A DNA stretch of 40,725 bases. Source: a virus. Taxonomy: Duplodnaviria > Caudoviricetes. The stretch spans positions 1-40,725 of the IMG/VR virus record IMGVR_UViG_3300040985_002047; one strand, 5' to 3'. Under the pieces are notes generated by a model. The model was not told the origin of the DNA. It saw nothing but the letters and a program-made list of their open reading frames with translations, and searched no databases. Within the stretch, counting starts at the first letter, position 1. The number at the start of each line of letters is the position of its first letter. The position numbers and the translations under genes were made by a program. Of the stretch, positions 27,301-37,043 are shown one piece after another.

Positions 27301-27944
27301 TTCTGAACATCAGAAGTTATGCTTCTTATCTCATCTCTTACATCTGCATATTCAAATTGCTTTAATTTTCTAAAGTCATCAATCACTTTCCCTGGACTTG
27401 TAATAACATCCTTTAATGAATCAAGAGCAGGGGTAACTCCTTTTTTTCCAAACTGGAAAGTATCAATTGCTTGTTGTACAGCACTATCACTTAATTCTTG
27501 ATCTGCAATATCATTAATTATATTGGTTCTAACATCTGGTCTCATATTAGGATCAAGCACAGATAGCAATGTAACAGCCCTTGTTACAGGTTTTACTACT
27601 AGGAAATCTCCTAAGTTTGTAGCAGTGGTTCCTAATAAAGAAGCAAGCCCTTTAAATGTATCAACAACCTCTCTTTTAACAGATTTCTTAACAACCTTAG
27701 CACCTTCCTTGCTTATAATTTTCTTAGGGAATTCTTGCCCTGCAAGAGTTTTTCCAGAAGAAATCGCAGAAGCCTTAGAAGCGCCGCCTCTACTCCCCCT
27801 TAATTGATTTAATTGAGATACGTCTATAGAAGACTCGCTTCCCCCTAAAGGTTTAGATAAAACCCTTGGAGATGCTGAATCTTTTTGAGTACTCCCCGAA
27901 CGCTGAGATCTTAACTCTTCTAATTTTTTTATATCAATAGGCAT
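24309..27944 (-). CDS. Large internal virion (ejection-type) protein
   Basis: 1211 aa, last gene of the structural operon; 'RQLIPFYSWIR' and 'RPDYLRDR' resemble C-terminal motifs of podoviral ejection proteins. Confidence 0.7.
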   Translation of the reverse strand: MPIDIKKLEELRSQRSGSTQKDSASPRVLSKPLGGSESSIDVSQLNQLRGSRGGASKASAISSGKTLAGQEFPKKIISKEGAKVVKKSVKREVVDTFKGLASLLGTTATNLGDFLVVKPVTRAVTLLSVLDPNMRPDVRTNIINDIADQELSDSAVQQAIDTFQFGKKGVTPALDSLKDVITSPGKVIDDFRKLKQFEYADVRDEIRSITSDVQKQRDVSGLAKFIGTFGVATAASFAETAAFPKQSFVDRPIETISNALLVGGLTKNVTAKVVPGRVQTNISNKLKTLKSGTATTVSHIADVLQTSAGKGARATGQVLSKIVNNKKIKKLESLFEDIASSATLEKIKLKEVLVGSVKGLNKIERNNLVKVITGLGKPLSKKMDQAVRVYSEVIQKPIESFLIKTKRLNKSTAEAMAYQPLLKSLGIEIVGRTTNKNIRKAFIRADQITKNNAAKIIAGVKSGDIIPQGTEKVLQDFKRFAKRKIKVSDFDISPKVLKVGGQLINNLKKSGFTTAKNIIEASDDALRSVIKNSNIKTKPRVSTLKQRAKEFIRNKQVDIKPEVKDIVNQIRGEMNQVNIANKVAKAVTDFPNAKYITFQRKKNPAREIFDFIKTKFKDSKTVAFLTKISDPADFSPGLSVSGVRTSKYIPGILKTRTGKAITPEDFLEQTFLTIDQFVKLKVIDQKLGVLIKHADDVIPNEKPDPRFTYFTPSVLQREISKLNLEKDVLMSSTPEKVLSDLMDGYQSTSPKTGSNKVYKIRKDVLKELGFFRTALPANAEFMKTWFFDKPTGAFKTMVLALRPAWTINDAVGSFGLNLLAGVGMKDYIKVISRPDIRRKIPEQVKLGDIYGAIDSINDVKVPTYFNDVLAAAKKGNPIPAAKVLAKAPKAFIQSMWKANGGVNNFFREARYINVAFDEAKAMVKKRGEKPTNENILIQMDNPDIKMKAFDAVKNTLPGFQVLSPFERGFVRQLIPFYSWIRFMASTGMKLSFTPTAIVRERLGEIMGRETAKEFEETGRPDYLRDRFQTNLKLFGTPVDFDTRSFNVWNSLTDFSLISSLAPLIDLTMKYSTGKDSFTGQFFTTPELPTNADVFFSPVDDRPLPTIKESLISVSPQAKLVRTLMDPVKRHTATGEIKIDKKTLKPTEINRGIEVMKFLGFPFKEIPKFRSKGEQKVVEIKAGQKKDLNKLMHDIGVKKFNEKKTQRKKEKQ

Positions 27945-27946
27945 AA

Positions 27947-29863
27947 TTATTCATTAAATGATTCTGCTAGAGCTGCTCCTTGAATAAGATTTACTAAACT
28001 TGATTTTGAAGCTTTTAAAAAGGCTTTTACCTTTGCATCATCTGTTACCTCTGTAACTAATCGCAAAGCCTCCTCTGGATTAACTCCGTCTCTAATCTGA
28101 GCATCTATTTCAGCTTGCAATGTATTTATATCTGAGTTCTGTTCTGCTGTTAATCGTGATCTTGTTAATATCTCAGAGTCGGTTCCTGTGTCAATATTTT
28201 GTTCTGCAAGAAAATCTATATGCTCAGGGGATAAAGCCTCAAATGTTGCTGGGGTATTATCCTTAGTTAATCCAAATGCCTTTCCTATAGAGAGTCTTTC
28301 CTTAACACTTAATTTTTGCCCTTTATCTTTAGCAACTCCCGTCTTCGCAGACTTCTGCAATTTCTGCAACTCAGCCCTTGCCTTAGCTTTCAGAGTAGGA
28401 TTTGAAGCTACTGCAGCCGCTAGTCCTGCCAGTCCTTCTTGAACAGATATCTCTCCACTTTGTACAAGTCCTTCTAACTCAACTACAGATTTCTGAAACT
28501 TAGGAGTAATTACATTGGCATCAGTAACAATTTTTCTTAAAGCATTAATACCTTTATTTAACTCACTCTTATCAGCCTCTTTCTGTTTCGTAACAGCCTT
28601 AGCACTCTCTAATGCAGCTTTAGATTCTGCAGCTATTTGATCTCTTTCTGTATCAGAAAGTCCTGATAATGAAGCAAGTTGTTTTAATCTGCTTAACTTA
28701 TCAGCCTCGTCTTGTTGTCCGAACTTAATAAGCTTCTCAATATTATCATCAACATCTTCTATCTTAAGATTCTGTAATCTGAATGTATCATTTAAAGTTT
28801 GAAGCTGCTCTGTTAAAGGAGCACGTTCTTTAGCTTCAATTCTTCTAGCTCCTGCTTGTAGTAATCCTACATCCTGTCCTCCTGTAACAACATCTTTCTG
28901 GAGATTCCGTAAAAGATTATTAACACGAGTTATTTGTCCAAGTGTTTCTTGTCTTCCTTGTATTAACTGAGGTCTCCCTGCAGCTTCTTGAGCTTTCTTG
29001 AATCGCTCTAATGAAGAAACAGCTGGTTGCTGAAGAGCTTCTTTGAAATCTTTCTGTGCTCCTTTCTCAAAATCTATAGCTTCTTGAACTCGTCCGTCTC
29101 TTTGAGGTGTAGTGGGTTCAACTTGACCCTGAACACCTGGCTGAGGCTGTTGAACAGGAGTTGTAGTTGGAGCTGGAGCCGTTGGAGCAATTGGTGCAGG
29201 AGTTTGATCTGCAAGTCTTCTTTGTTGAGTCTTCGCTTGTCCTGCATCCAGTAATTTCTGAGCAGCTGAAGAAGTTGTTTTACCTCTTCTCGCTTGTTCA
29301 AAAAAACTCTTCTGTTTTTCTGTTTTAACCCCAGCCTTAATATCTCTTTGTTGTTGCAACTTAGATTTAAAAGCATCAAGTGATCCCTTCTTCGGATCTG
29401 TAGTTAATCCAGATTTAATATCTCTTTGTTGTTGTAACTTAGATTTAAAAGCATCAAGCCCAGTTTTTTTCTTAGCAGCCTCTTTAAATACATTTGCATC
29501 TACATTCCCAGATTCTCTTGCAGCTTTAGCATCAAGAACATTCTTCCTTAATTGAGGAGAATCAAATCCTGCCTGGTTACCTTTTTCTTCTTGTTTCCCT
29601 AAAGGATCCTTGAATAATTCAGGGACAACGTCTTTACCAAGAATCTTTTTAACTTCATTCTCAAAACCTTTCTCATCAAAGAATCCAGAACTTCTAGCGT
29701 CAGCTGCGCTCTGAAGCATGTCATTCTTAGAAAGACTTAATCCTGGAATGAATCCAAAAGTACTAAAATTTCTTTTTCCTTTGGAAATCTCACTAAAAAG
29801 CTTAGACCCTTTCTTGACTCCGCTTTTAGCTAAACTCTTTAATATATCATCAATTTGTGCCAT
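27947..29863 (-). CDS. Internal virion (ejection-type) protein
   Basis: 638 aa, helical and Gln/Ala/Lys-rich; internal repeat LDAFKSKLQQQRDIK x2. Confidence 0.65.
   Translation of the reverse strand: MAQIDDILKSLAKSGVKKGSKLFSEISKGKRNFSTFGFIPGLSLSKNDMLQSAADARSSGFFDEKGFENEVKKILGKDVVPELFKDPLGKQEEKGNQAGFDSPQLRKNVLDAKAARESGNVDANVFKEAAKKKTGLDAFKSKLQQQRDIKSGLTTDPKKGSLDAFKSKLQQQRDIKAGVKTEKQKSFFEQARRGKTTSSAAQKLLDAGQAKTQQRRLADQTPAPIAPTAPAPTTTPVQQPQPGVQGQVEPTTPQRDGRVQEAIDFEKGAQKDFKEALQQPAVSSLERFKKAQEAAGRPQLIQGRQETLGQITRVNNLLRNLQKDVVTGGQDVGLLQAGARRIEAKERAPLTEQLQTLNDTFRLQNLKIEDVDDNIEKLIKFGQQDEADKLSRLKQLASLSGLSDTERDQIAAESKAALESAKAVTKQKEADKSELNKGINALRKIVTDANVITPKFQKSVVELEGLVQSGEISVQEGLAGLAAAVASNPTLKAKARAELQKLQKSAKTGVAKDKGQKLSVKERLSIGKAFGLTKDNTPATFEALSPEHIDFLAEQNIDTGTDSEILTRSRLTAEQNSDINTLQAEIDAQIRDGVNPEEALRLVTEVTDDAKVKAFLKASKSSLVNLIQGAALAESFNE
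29337..29458. repeat. 44-bp intragenic duplication (period 78)
   Basis: 29337-29380 vs 29415-29458, 1 mismatch. Confidence 0.9.
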
Positions 29864-29867
29864 AATA

Positions 29868-30956
29868 TTATGATTTAGTTATAAGACGGTCTTTAGAAGA
29901 ATCAAGATTTATAATTCTGTCTGACCTAAAATTAACAGTAATTCCTGTAGTTTTACTTGATCCGTATTTACTTAATTCTAGTATTGCTTTATTCCATAAT
30001 GAACTATACTCCCTTGCCAAATCAAGCTCCTCTCTTCTTCTGTATAAAAATGCTATGGCATTATACGTAAGCTCAGGCTGTAAATGCTCAGGTATTAATG
30101 GAAGTTCTCCTATAGTAAACGCGCCTCCAGCACTTCCGTCTTCCTGAAAAGCTTTCTCAAGGATAACAACCGTTGTACTCGTGAAACTCTTTATTCTGTA
30201 CCAAAACCCTGAGGTTGTAACCTGAATAGATCTTCCTACCATTGCAGCCGTAAACGTTGTTGCTGATCCTGTAACAGTTGTAGATCCCTTAACCACCGTA
30301 ACTGTTCCCGTTGTGTAATCATCAGCAGTCATATCTGGAACTCGTTTTACATAAGTGAAAACAAGTAAATGATTCGAATCATTAGGAGTAGGATAAAGCT
30401 CTATCTTATTATTCTTAATGAAATAATTAGTTATTACATCAGAGGTGTAATCAACAGATGGACGTTTTAAAATATTCCAATCAGTCTCTGAATTAACTTC
30501 TTCTGTAACATAAGCTGTTCCATCTCCTATTTGATACCCTTCTCCTGAAGCAAATATATCGTCTTCAACTGATAATGTAGTAGCTGAATCAACAGCAGTA
30601 ATTCTTGTAAACGTGTTATCTGTAGTGTTTCCTACAATATCTCCAACAAGAGCTGATCCAAAAGCAGCAGAAGAATCGACAAGCTTGTTCGCCGTTGTCG
30701 AAGTTGTTGTTCCACTCGTATCTGTCTCTATTAACTGGAAACTTTGAAGCTTTCTGTAATCATTCGGTAAATCATAAGTATCCTCATTCGCTACTGAAAA
30801 CCTGTAATAAACTCCTTGATCCTCTATACTTCCTACAATAAGAGCTTTTTTATAAGACTCGTTTACTAAAGACTTTGCTAAAGTTACCGTCGCAGCAGTT
30901 GTATCACTAAATAATGTTGTAACTCTTGTATGTAAATCGTTGAAAGTAAGTGCCAT
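29868..30956 (-). CDS. Head-tail adaptor/tail tubular protein with inserted beta-domains
   Basis: 'LTFNDLHTRV', 'YDLPNDY', 'IELYPTP', 'PLIPEHLQ' adaptor motifs; two Thr-rich inserts. Confidence 0.7.
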   Translation of the reverse strand: MALTFNDLHTRVTTLFSDTTAATVTLAKSLVNESYKKALIVGSIEDQGVYYRFSVANEDTYDLPNDYRKLQSFQLIETDTSGTTTSTTANKLVDSSAAFGSALVGDIVGNTTDNTFTRITAVDSATTLSVEDDIFASGEGYQIGDGTAYVTEEVNSETDWNILKRPSVDYTSDVITNYFIKNNKIELYPTPNDSNHLLVFTYVKRVPDMTADDYTTGTVTVVKGSTTVTGSATTFTAAMVGRSIQVTTSGFWYRIKSFTSTTVVILEKAFQEDGSAGGAFTIGELPLIPEHLQPELTYNAIAFLYRRREELDLAREYSSLWNKAILELSKYGSSKTTGITVNFRSDRIINLDSSKDRLITKS

Positions 30957-31549
30957 TATATTGTAATTAAGTTATTAGATTTTTTAAGATTTTCTATTGC
31001 TGGTATTATCCTTAAATTATCTTCATGATGTAATCCACTAATATACTTTCCATTCAATGGAACAATATGATCAACATGATAACTAATACCTTCCTCTTCA
31101 CTTTTTTTAGCACATTCTATGTAAATTTTTTCTATTTTTTTTATATTTGCCCACTTAGGAATTCTTTTCTTTAAACTTGTATATCTTTTCATATTAGCGG
31201 CATTTTTTTTGCCCTTATTTCTTTTAGCCCAATCTACAGATTGTTTACATCTATCTTTTTTAACTTTCTGATAATAGTCTCTTCTTAATTTTAATAATTC
31301 ATCCTTATTACACTTATGCCTTTCTTTAATTTGCTGTAAAATAAATTGTTTATTTTCCTTATAATATTCCCTAGACTTCAAATTGTCTTCCTTTTTATTC
31401 TTTTCATACCATAATCTATGAGACTTATTACATTTTTCTTTATTTTTTCTGTAATACTCTTTTGCTCTCTCCGACGAACAAGGCTTGCAATATGAAGCCT
31501 TATAAGAAAAATCATTTACGCTTTTACATTTGAAACATTCTTTTCTCAT
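30956..31549 (-). CDS. HNH homing endonuclease
   Basis: 'CFKC...CKPC', 'PKWAN', 'YHVDHIVPLNGKYISGLHHEDNLRII...ENLKKSN'. Confidence 0.93.
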   Translation of the reverse strand: MRKECFKCKSVNDFSYKASYCKPCSSERAKEYYRKNKEKCNKSHRLWYEKNKKEDNLKSREYYKENKQFILQQIKERHKCNKDELLKLRRDYYQKVKKDRCKQSVDWAKRNKGKKNAANMKRYTSLKKRIPKWANIKKIEKIYIECAKKSEEEGISYHVDHIVPLNGKYISGLHHEDNLRIIPAIENLKKSNNLITI

Positions 31550-31609
31550 AGTATAAAAGTTTTGTTAAATCAATATAAAAATACAGGAATTCCTAGGAAT
31601 AGTAAAACA

Positions 31610-33472
31610 TTAAGCAAACATATTATTAATATTTATAATCGAATGCGTGGCATTCGTAGAACTAGCAGCTCCTCCAGCTCCTCCCGTTGCAGCAGATCCT
31701 GAATCAGTCCCAGCTCCGCCACCTCCTCCTCCTGCAGCTCCAGCTCCAGCTCCTGCACTTCCTGCTGTTCCGTTTCCAGATAAAGCTCCAGCTCCACCAG
31801 CTCCACCAGCTCCACCAAAACTTGATCCTCCAGATCCTCCTCCTCCAGCTCCGTATCCAGGAGTCCCCGCAGAAACACTGTCTCCGCCTGCTCCGCCTGC
31901 TCCACCAGTTGCCGTAACAGTCCCTGAATTTGCCGTAAGAGAATTATACAACATTATAAATGTTCCAGCTCCTCCGCCTCCTCCAGCTCCTGATCCTGAA
32001 GCATCGGTTCCAGTTCCTGCCCCTCCTACACTTCCAGTATCTCCATCAACTTTTACAGTTCCTGAAAAATTCAAAGCTCCTAAACTTTCAATATACAATC
32101 CTCCTCCTCCTCGGCCTCCAGCTCCTCCATCGGCAGTGTCTGAACCTCCTGAGTTTTCGTATCCTCCTCCTCCTCCTCCTCCTCCTGATCCACAAAATAA
32201 TCTTATTCTTTTTTCAAATAATTTCAGATCTGTATTAGGAAAAAATGTCGCTGAAGTAACAATAGAACTAGCAGCTCCTCCTGATCCAGCAGATCCACTA
32301 GCTCCTTTCAACCCTTTTAATCCATTTGTCCCTGTATCTACTATATTACTTCCTGAATTTGCATCATCTCCATCTTCAGGAGTCGTTGTATTAGCAGGCC
32401 CTCCAACTCCTCCTTTAGCCCCCATTCCCGAAGCATCGATCGTAGCAGAAATAACAACAGTTCCTTGAGACTTCAAAGCTATAACTGTTCCATCATCATG
32501 AGGATTGCTGAAAGTTAAATTATTCGTTGCAATATTTATAGTTGTGTAATTCTTAACTACAAGTTGTTCTTGTCCTAAATCTATATCTACAGTTCCGCCT
32601 GAAGTATCTAAAGCTCCATCTGACCCATCTCCTCCAAATGTTCCAATACTTGCAAGTAAAACTCCTGAAATAGTTGCACTCGTCATTACAACATCTCCTT
32701 GCTGATTAACTGTAAAAGGAGCAGATGCTCTATTAGCATGCGTGTCTCCAGCCCAAAAAGCTATATCAGTCCCTGCATTACCTGAATTCATCCCAGCAAG
32801 ATTACTTCCTGTTCCTACTGCTATATTTGCAGCATTTGCAGCCCCTGACGTTAAAGTTAAATTCGTTGCAGATACAGTCGTTGAAGCAATTGTAAATCCT
32901 CCTATGTCTCCACTTGTTGCAGTAATAGATCCTGTAATTGTAGCACTTGTAGCTGTTAAAGCTCCTTCCTTAGTAACTCTAAATGGAGCAGATGCGTAAG
33001 TTGCGTTTCCTATTGCAAGTCTATACGTAGCATCCGCCGCATCTAAGGCAACTATATCGTTTCCAGTTCCTAAAGTAATCTTAGTATTCCCTGCATCTAA
33101 TGTAACATCTCCTGCAGATAATGTTGTAGAATTAATTGTCCATCCTCCAATACTTCCAGAAGTTGCAGTTATAGATCCTGTAATGGTAGCAGAAGAAGCT
33201 GTTAAAGCTCCTGCCAACGTAACTCTAAAAGGAGCAGATCCAAATACAGAATTCCCTATCCAGAACCCTTTTCCTGATTCTGTCGACTGCCTGATAACAT
33301 TATCCCCTGTTCCTATACCTGTTTCTGCAGATGTTTGAGATTTCTGTATAAGCTTCTGTTGAGGCAAAGCTTGACCACCAGAAAGTCCTGTAAGAGATAC
33401 AGGATTTTTTATTGGCTGAGTTACAATAGGCTGTAACCCAAACTTCGTCGATGTGCCTCGTCGTACAGCCAT
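31610..33472 (-). CDS. Glycine-rich tail/fibre protein
   Basis: Three 'SAPFRVT..GALTA.SATI.G' repeats; long Gly-rich C-terminus. Confidence 0.8.
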   Translation of the reverse strand: MAVRRGTSTKFGLQPIVTQPIKNPVSLTGLSGGQALPQQKLIQKSQTSAETGIGTGDNVIRQSTESGKGFWIGNSVFGSAPFRVTLAGALTASSATITGSITATSGSIGGWTINSTTLSAGDVTLDAGNTKITLGTGNDIVALDAADATYRLAIGNATYASAPFRVTKEGALTATSATITGSITATSGDIGGFTIASTTVSATNLTLTSGAANAANIAVGTGSNLAGMNSGNAGTDIAFWAGDTHANRASAPFTVNQQGDVVMTSATISGVLLASIGTFGGDGSDGALDTSGGTVDIDLGQEQLVVKNYTTINIATNNLTFSNPHDDGTVIALKSQGTVVISATIDASGMGAKGGVGGPANTTTPEDGDDANSGSNIVDTGTNGLKGLKGASGSAGSGGAASSIVTSATFFPNTDLKLFEKRIRLFCGSGGGGGGGGYENSGGSDTADGGAGGRGGGGLYIESLGALNFSGTVKVDGDTGSVGGAGTGTDASGSGAGGGGGAGTFIMLYNSLTANSGTVTATGGAGGAGGDSVSAGTPGYGAGGGGSGGSSFGGAGGAGGAGALSGNGTAGSAGAGAGAAGGGGGGAGTDSGSAATGGAGGAASSTNATHSIININNMFA

Positions 33473-33474
33473 AT

Positions 33475-34911
33475 TTAATAAAGACTTATTTTATATATTT
33501 CAGGTCTATTAACACCATTAGAAGTCATTTCAATTCTTAATTCTATAATATCTGCTCTTTGCTGGATCCCCCATAATATATCATTCTGATTTGCACTTGT
33601 TATTGTTCCTAATGTCGAGAAAGCCGCACCATCTAAAGCGTATTTTACCACTACCGTGGTACTTGCAGGCATTGGCTTAGCAAATATCTTTACTCCTTTA
33701 ACTAATGTAGGATCCTCATCATTTGTTAATTCGTAAACCTGTGATTCAATATAAGCCGCAGAACTCGCAACGGTTGTTGATAAAGCATCAATCCTAAAAG
33801 TTGATCCTGTTTTATTAGCAACAAAATACTGGTCTCCAAAAACAAATATAGATCCTATAGTAACATCACTTTGTTCATCATCACTTGTTAAATTATCAAG
33901 AACAAGAGATCGAGGAAAATCCCTATTAGCCCTTCCCCACTTCCAAACTCCATGATTTTGATTTGTCCCACCAGAAACCCTTGTTGTTCCTACAAGTAAA
34001 TTATTATTGTAATTCGCTACAGCATTAGGATACATCCTACAAGAATCCGTATCTCCTGGAGCATTAGGAATAGTTTTTAAAAGATCAAAATCTGATCCAT
34101 TATAAAAATATATATCTATTCCTGCAGGCTGCGGAGGAGCTACGTTTCTTGTGAATAAATACAGAATATTATCTATATTCTTAATCGACTGGATTCCTCC
34201 AATTGCATCAACTTCTACTCTACTCTCTGGCAAGGCAGAAGTTCCATCCCAGAAAAATACAGTCGATTTACTTGAATCTCCAGCAGTTGCTGAGTCTCCT
34301 CCACAAGCTATAGCAAGCCTGTCTCCTATAACTTCCATATCTCTTATTCTAAATCCTAAAGGCAATGTTAAAGCTTTTTGTGTAAATACAGGAGCTGTTG
34401 AAATTGAAGAAACAAATCTCCCATCTCCTATAAATAATGAGTCTAAAAAAGATTTCATAGGTTTCCATGCCGCATCTTGTGCAGGTAAAGTTCCTGAAAG
34501 AACTGTTGTTAAATAATCATCATCGTAAGTTGTTCCTGTAAGTCTTCCTACATCATTCTTTGTTGCGTAATAAATAGCATCGTTCCATTTAACCATTGTA
34601 GGTGTATCTGTAAGAGCTGTAGTTCCTGATAAAGTTCTATCCGTAGCCCATGTTGTTCCTGTTCTTTGGTAAATTAAAGATCCATCAAATCCGTAAAGCT
34701 TATCTGTACCATCTCCATCAAAACTATCTATAGCTGTTACTAAAGCTGTTGTTGTTGATTCTTGAGCTAATGTGAAACTAGGACGTAAAATTCCTACCCT
34801 GTCATGAATATCTACTTCTACCCCAGCCTGAAAAGCATTACTCGCTTGAGCAGTTTCATCTGTGGATATTCCTCCACTAAAATCGTTGATGGTGAGAAGA
34901 GCTGTTGTCAT
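33475..34911 (-). CDS. Tail nozzle/DNA-stabilisation protein (beta-propeller inferred)
   Basis: 'INDFSGGI' N-terminus; all-beta composition; position in the tail module. Confidence 0.7.
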   Translation of the reverse strand: MTTALLTINDFSGGISTDETAQASNAFQAGVEVDIHDRVGILRPSFTLAQESTTTALVTAIDSFDGDGTDKLYGFDGSLIYQRTGTTWATDRTLSGTTALTDTPTMVKWNDAIYYATKNDVGRLTGTTYDDDYLTTVLSGTLPAQDAAWKPMKSFLDSLFIGDGRFVSSISTAPVFTQKALTLPLGFRIRDMEVIGDRLAIACGGDSATAGDSSKSTVFFWDGTSALPESRVEVDAIGGIQSIKNIDNILYLFTRNVAPPQPAGIDIYFYNGSDFDLLKTIPNAPGDTDSCRMYPNAVANYNNNLLVGTTRVSGGTNQNHGVWKWGRANRDFPRSLVLDNLTSDDEQSDVTIGSIFVFGDQYFVANKTGSTFRIDALSTTVASSAAYIESQVYELTNDEDPTLVKGVKIFAKPMPASTTVVVKYALDGAAFSTLGTITSANQNDILWGIQQRADIIELRIEMTSNGVNRPEIYKISLY

Positions 34912-34924
34912 ATTGGCTTATTAA

Positions 34925-36589
34925 TTATAATTTATCTATCCAAGTAAGTGAAACATTAAAGTCTGTCGTAGCCGAATTAGCAGCTGCAGATACTGTTAAA
35001 GTATCTCCTGGTAGAAACGTGGAAGGGAAGTTTGTAATATCTAATATTATTGAATCAGTTTTTCCTAAAGAAAAAGCAGATAAAACACTCCCCCCACTAA
35101 CAGTGGTCCCAGCTGTATCGATTTCAACAGTACTAGTATTCGTATTGATATCTGAATAACTTGGAGTCCCTCCTAATTGAGCATTAATTGTAAATAATAT
35201 AGATCCTGTTTTAGAACCATCTGAACTTATAGATACCAATATTAACTCTATTGGAGATCGATTTGTTAATCCTTGATAAGCAACTTTGTTTCTTATCGTA
35301 AGAATATTTGTCTGAGTTGTGCCAACTGAAGTTTTTGTGTTGTTTGCAGACTTCACTATCCCCATTCCATTGATCTTCCCCTCAATAAAGGCCCCTACAC
35401 TTGAACTTTTTATAACAATAGGAGTATTATTTGTTGTATTTTTAACCAATGCGCAAAACGGCAGTGATGGGTTTAATATCGAAGGAACTGTATTATCATT
35501 AGCGTATGCAATTCTATGCACTATGTGCAAGTCTCCATTAACAGGATTCTCAATAGAAAACTCTATTGCTCCATATCCAAGCCATTGATACCTAATCTCA
35601 TAAACATTTCCTTTAGTGGGGTCTAGGGTTGTTCCTGATATACCAGTTCCATCAAATTTATCCTGGTTCCAGCTCGTCTGAGGAGTCCATACATCAGTCG
35701 CAGCAACTCCTGTTATAGTCTCGGCAAATGCCCCAACCACTCCTGTAGTGTCAGTATCTACTAACGAATAAGTACCCGTCTTATCTCCAGATGTGGATGA
35801 AAGAAACTCGACAGCCTCATCTCTAATAAAAACACTAAATCCTTCTCCCACTGCAGAAAAATCAGTTAACCCAATCTTATTAGCAACCGCCTGAGTGGAA
35901 TCACCACTTGTAACCGCAACCAAAACAGCATTACCATCAACGTTTACAGTGATATTCCCAGTAGCTGTAACTGCTCCAGTTGTAATAGACAAAGTTTGCA
36001 GTTCTTTTTGACCTGCCCTTCTTACCAATACTCCAAAGGCTGCTTCATTATATCCAAAAAAGAACCCATCTTCAGCATTGCCAACGCCTATCTCTTGATG
36101 AGACCCAGAAACCCCTGTTGTGAAAAGTGCTGTAAATCGCATTAAAGCTCCTTGCCCAGGGTGATATGTTAAAAACTCTCTTGAAACAATAGACGCCGCA
36201 GAACTTGTTGCTGCTGTAGTGTTTATCTGTGCCATACTATCTGCCTGAATAACAGTCCCAGACCCTTGAGTGGTTGTCTGTACCACATCAGTATTAATAT
36301 TGTAATTAAAAGACAATTGGAAAACAGCTGTCGGCTGTATGGTTTTTAATTCCCCAAAAGCAGAAATTCTTTCTTCAAGATCTACCTTTGCAGAACTATG
36401 CTCAGTCAAAACTAAGGAATTCGTTCCGTCAGTTATCTTAACAGAACCAATAGTTTCTGTCCCAGCTGCTACAGCTACATTCAATTCCCCTGTATCTTGA
36501 GCATTAAGAACAACAACATTCCCAGCAGTTGCATCTGATTCTGCAATCAGAGAAGTATTATAATTCGCGTCGTGTATAGCATTACCCAT
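34925..36589 (-). CDS. Virion structural protein (lectin-like beta-sandwich inferred)
   Basis: 554 aa; 'YHPGQG', 'DGFFFGY', 'YQWLGYGAI'. Confidence 0.7.
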   Translation of the reverse strand: MGNAIHDANYNTSLIAESDATAGNVVVLNAQDTGELNVAVAAGTETIGSVKITDGTNSLVLTEHSSAKVDLEERISAFGELKTIQPTAVFQLSFNYNINTDVVQTTTQGSGTVIQADSMAQINTTAATSSAASIVSREFLTYHPGQGALMRFTALFTTGVSGSHQEIGVGNAEDGFFFGYNEAAFGVLVRRAGQKELQTLSITTGAVTATGNITVNVDGNAVLVAVTSGDSTQAVANKIGLTDFSAVGEGFSVFIRDEAVEFLSSTSGDKTGTYSLVDTDTTGVVGAFAETITGVAATDVWTPQTSWNQDKFDGTGISGTTLDPTKGNVYEIRYQWLGYGAIEFSIENPVNGDLHIVHRIAYANDNTVPSILNPSLPFCALVKNTTNNTPIVIKSSSVGAFIEGKINGMGIVKSANNTKTSVGTTQTNILTIRNKVAYQGLTNRSPIELILVSISSDGSKTGSILFTINAQLGGTPSYSDINTNTSTVEIDTAGTTVSGGSVLSAFSLGKTDSIILDITNFPSTFLPGDTLTVSAAANSATTDFNVSLTWIDKL

Positions 36590-36595
36590 AAATAA

Positions 36596-36967
36596 CTATT
36601 TAATTTCTAAAACTTTTTCTAAGTTAATCAAGTCTCCTACTGCTAACTCTATCTCTAAATCTTTTGATATTTCTATCTTTTCGAAATCATATTCTTCTTC
36701 TATATTTAAAAGTTCGTCAAACTCTTTTAGGAAAACCTCCATATTTTCTTTTGTAACATTAATACCTCCATCTTTTTCTTCTCCGTACTTCTTAATAATA
36801 GAATTTTTTGCTTCTTGGAAAACAACTGATTTTGTCTCAACTTCTTTTACAAGTTTTGTTAAAGCATAACTCGTTTTTAAAGGAAGGTCCTTTGAAACAA
36901 TTTTTGTTAAAGAAGGAATAAATCCTTTTTCTCCAACTGTGTGAAAAATAGCGTTTTGTAATTTCAT
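36596..36967 (-). CDS. Conserved phage protein (possible fibre chaperone)
   Basis: 'LPLKTSYALTKL...KNSIIKKYG...FLKEFDELLNIE'. Confidence 0.65.
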   Translation of the reverse strand: MKLQNAIFHTVGEKGFIPSLTKIVSKDLPLKTSYALTKLVKEVETKSVVFQEAKNSIIKKYGEEKDGGINVTKENMEVFLKEFDELLNIEEEYDFEKIEISKDLEIELAVGDLINLEKVLEIK

Positions 36968-36970
36968 AAT

Positions 36971-37043
36971 GTGCGGGTTTAAATAATAAATATGTGCGAT
37001 GTTTTGAAATATATCCCCTTACACACCGCACGAGGTAAGGGGA
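36971..37043 (-). promoter_or_regulatory. H-type pseudoknot in the leader of the 36967 gene
   Basis: S1 TCCCCTTAC/GTAAGGGGA; loop GTGCGGTGT pairs with downstream ACATCGCAC. Confidence 0.65.

Noticed and set aside
24309-27944. Tape measure protein
   Set aside because: No tail tube or tail chaperone genes and no tape-measure repeats; context fits a podoviral ejection protein
31633-32468. Pro-rich 273-aa ORF and other ORFs overlapping the Gly-rich gene
   Set aside because: Shadow frames of GGA/GCT-rich codons
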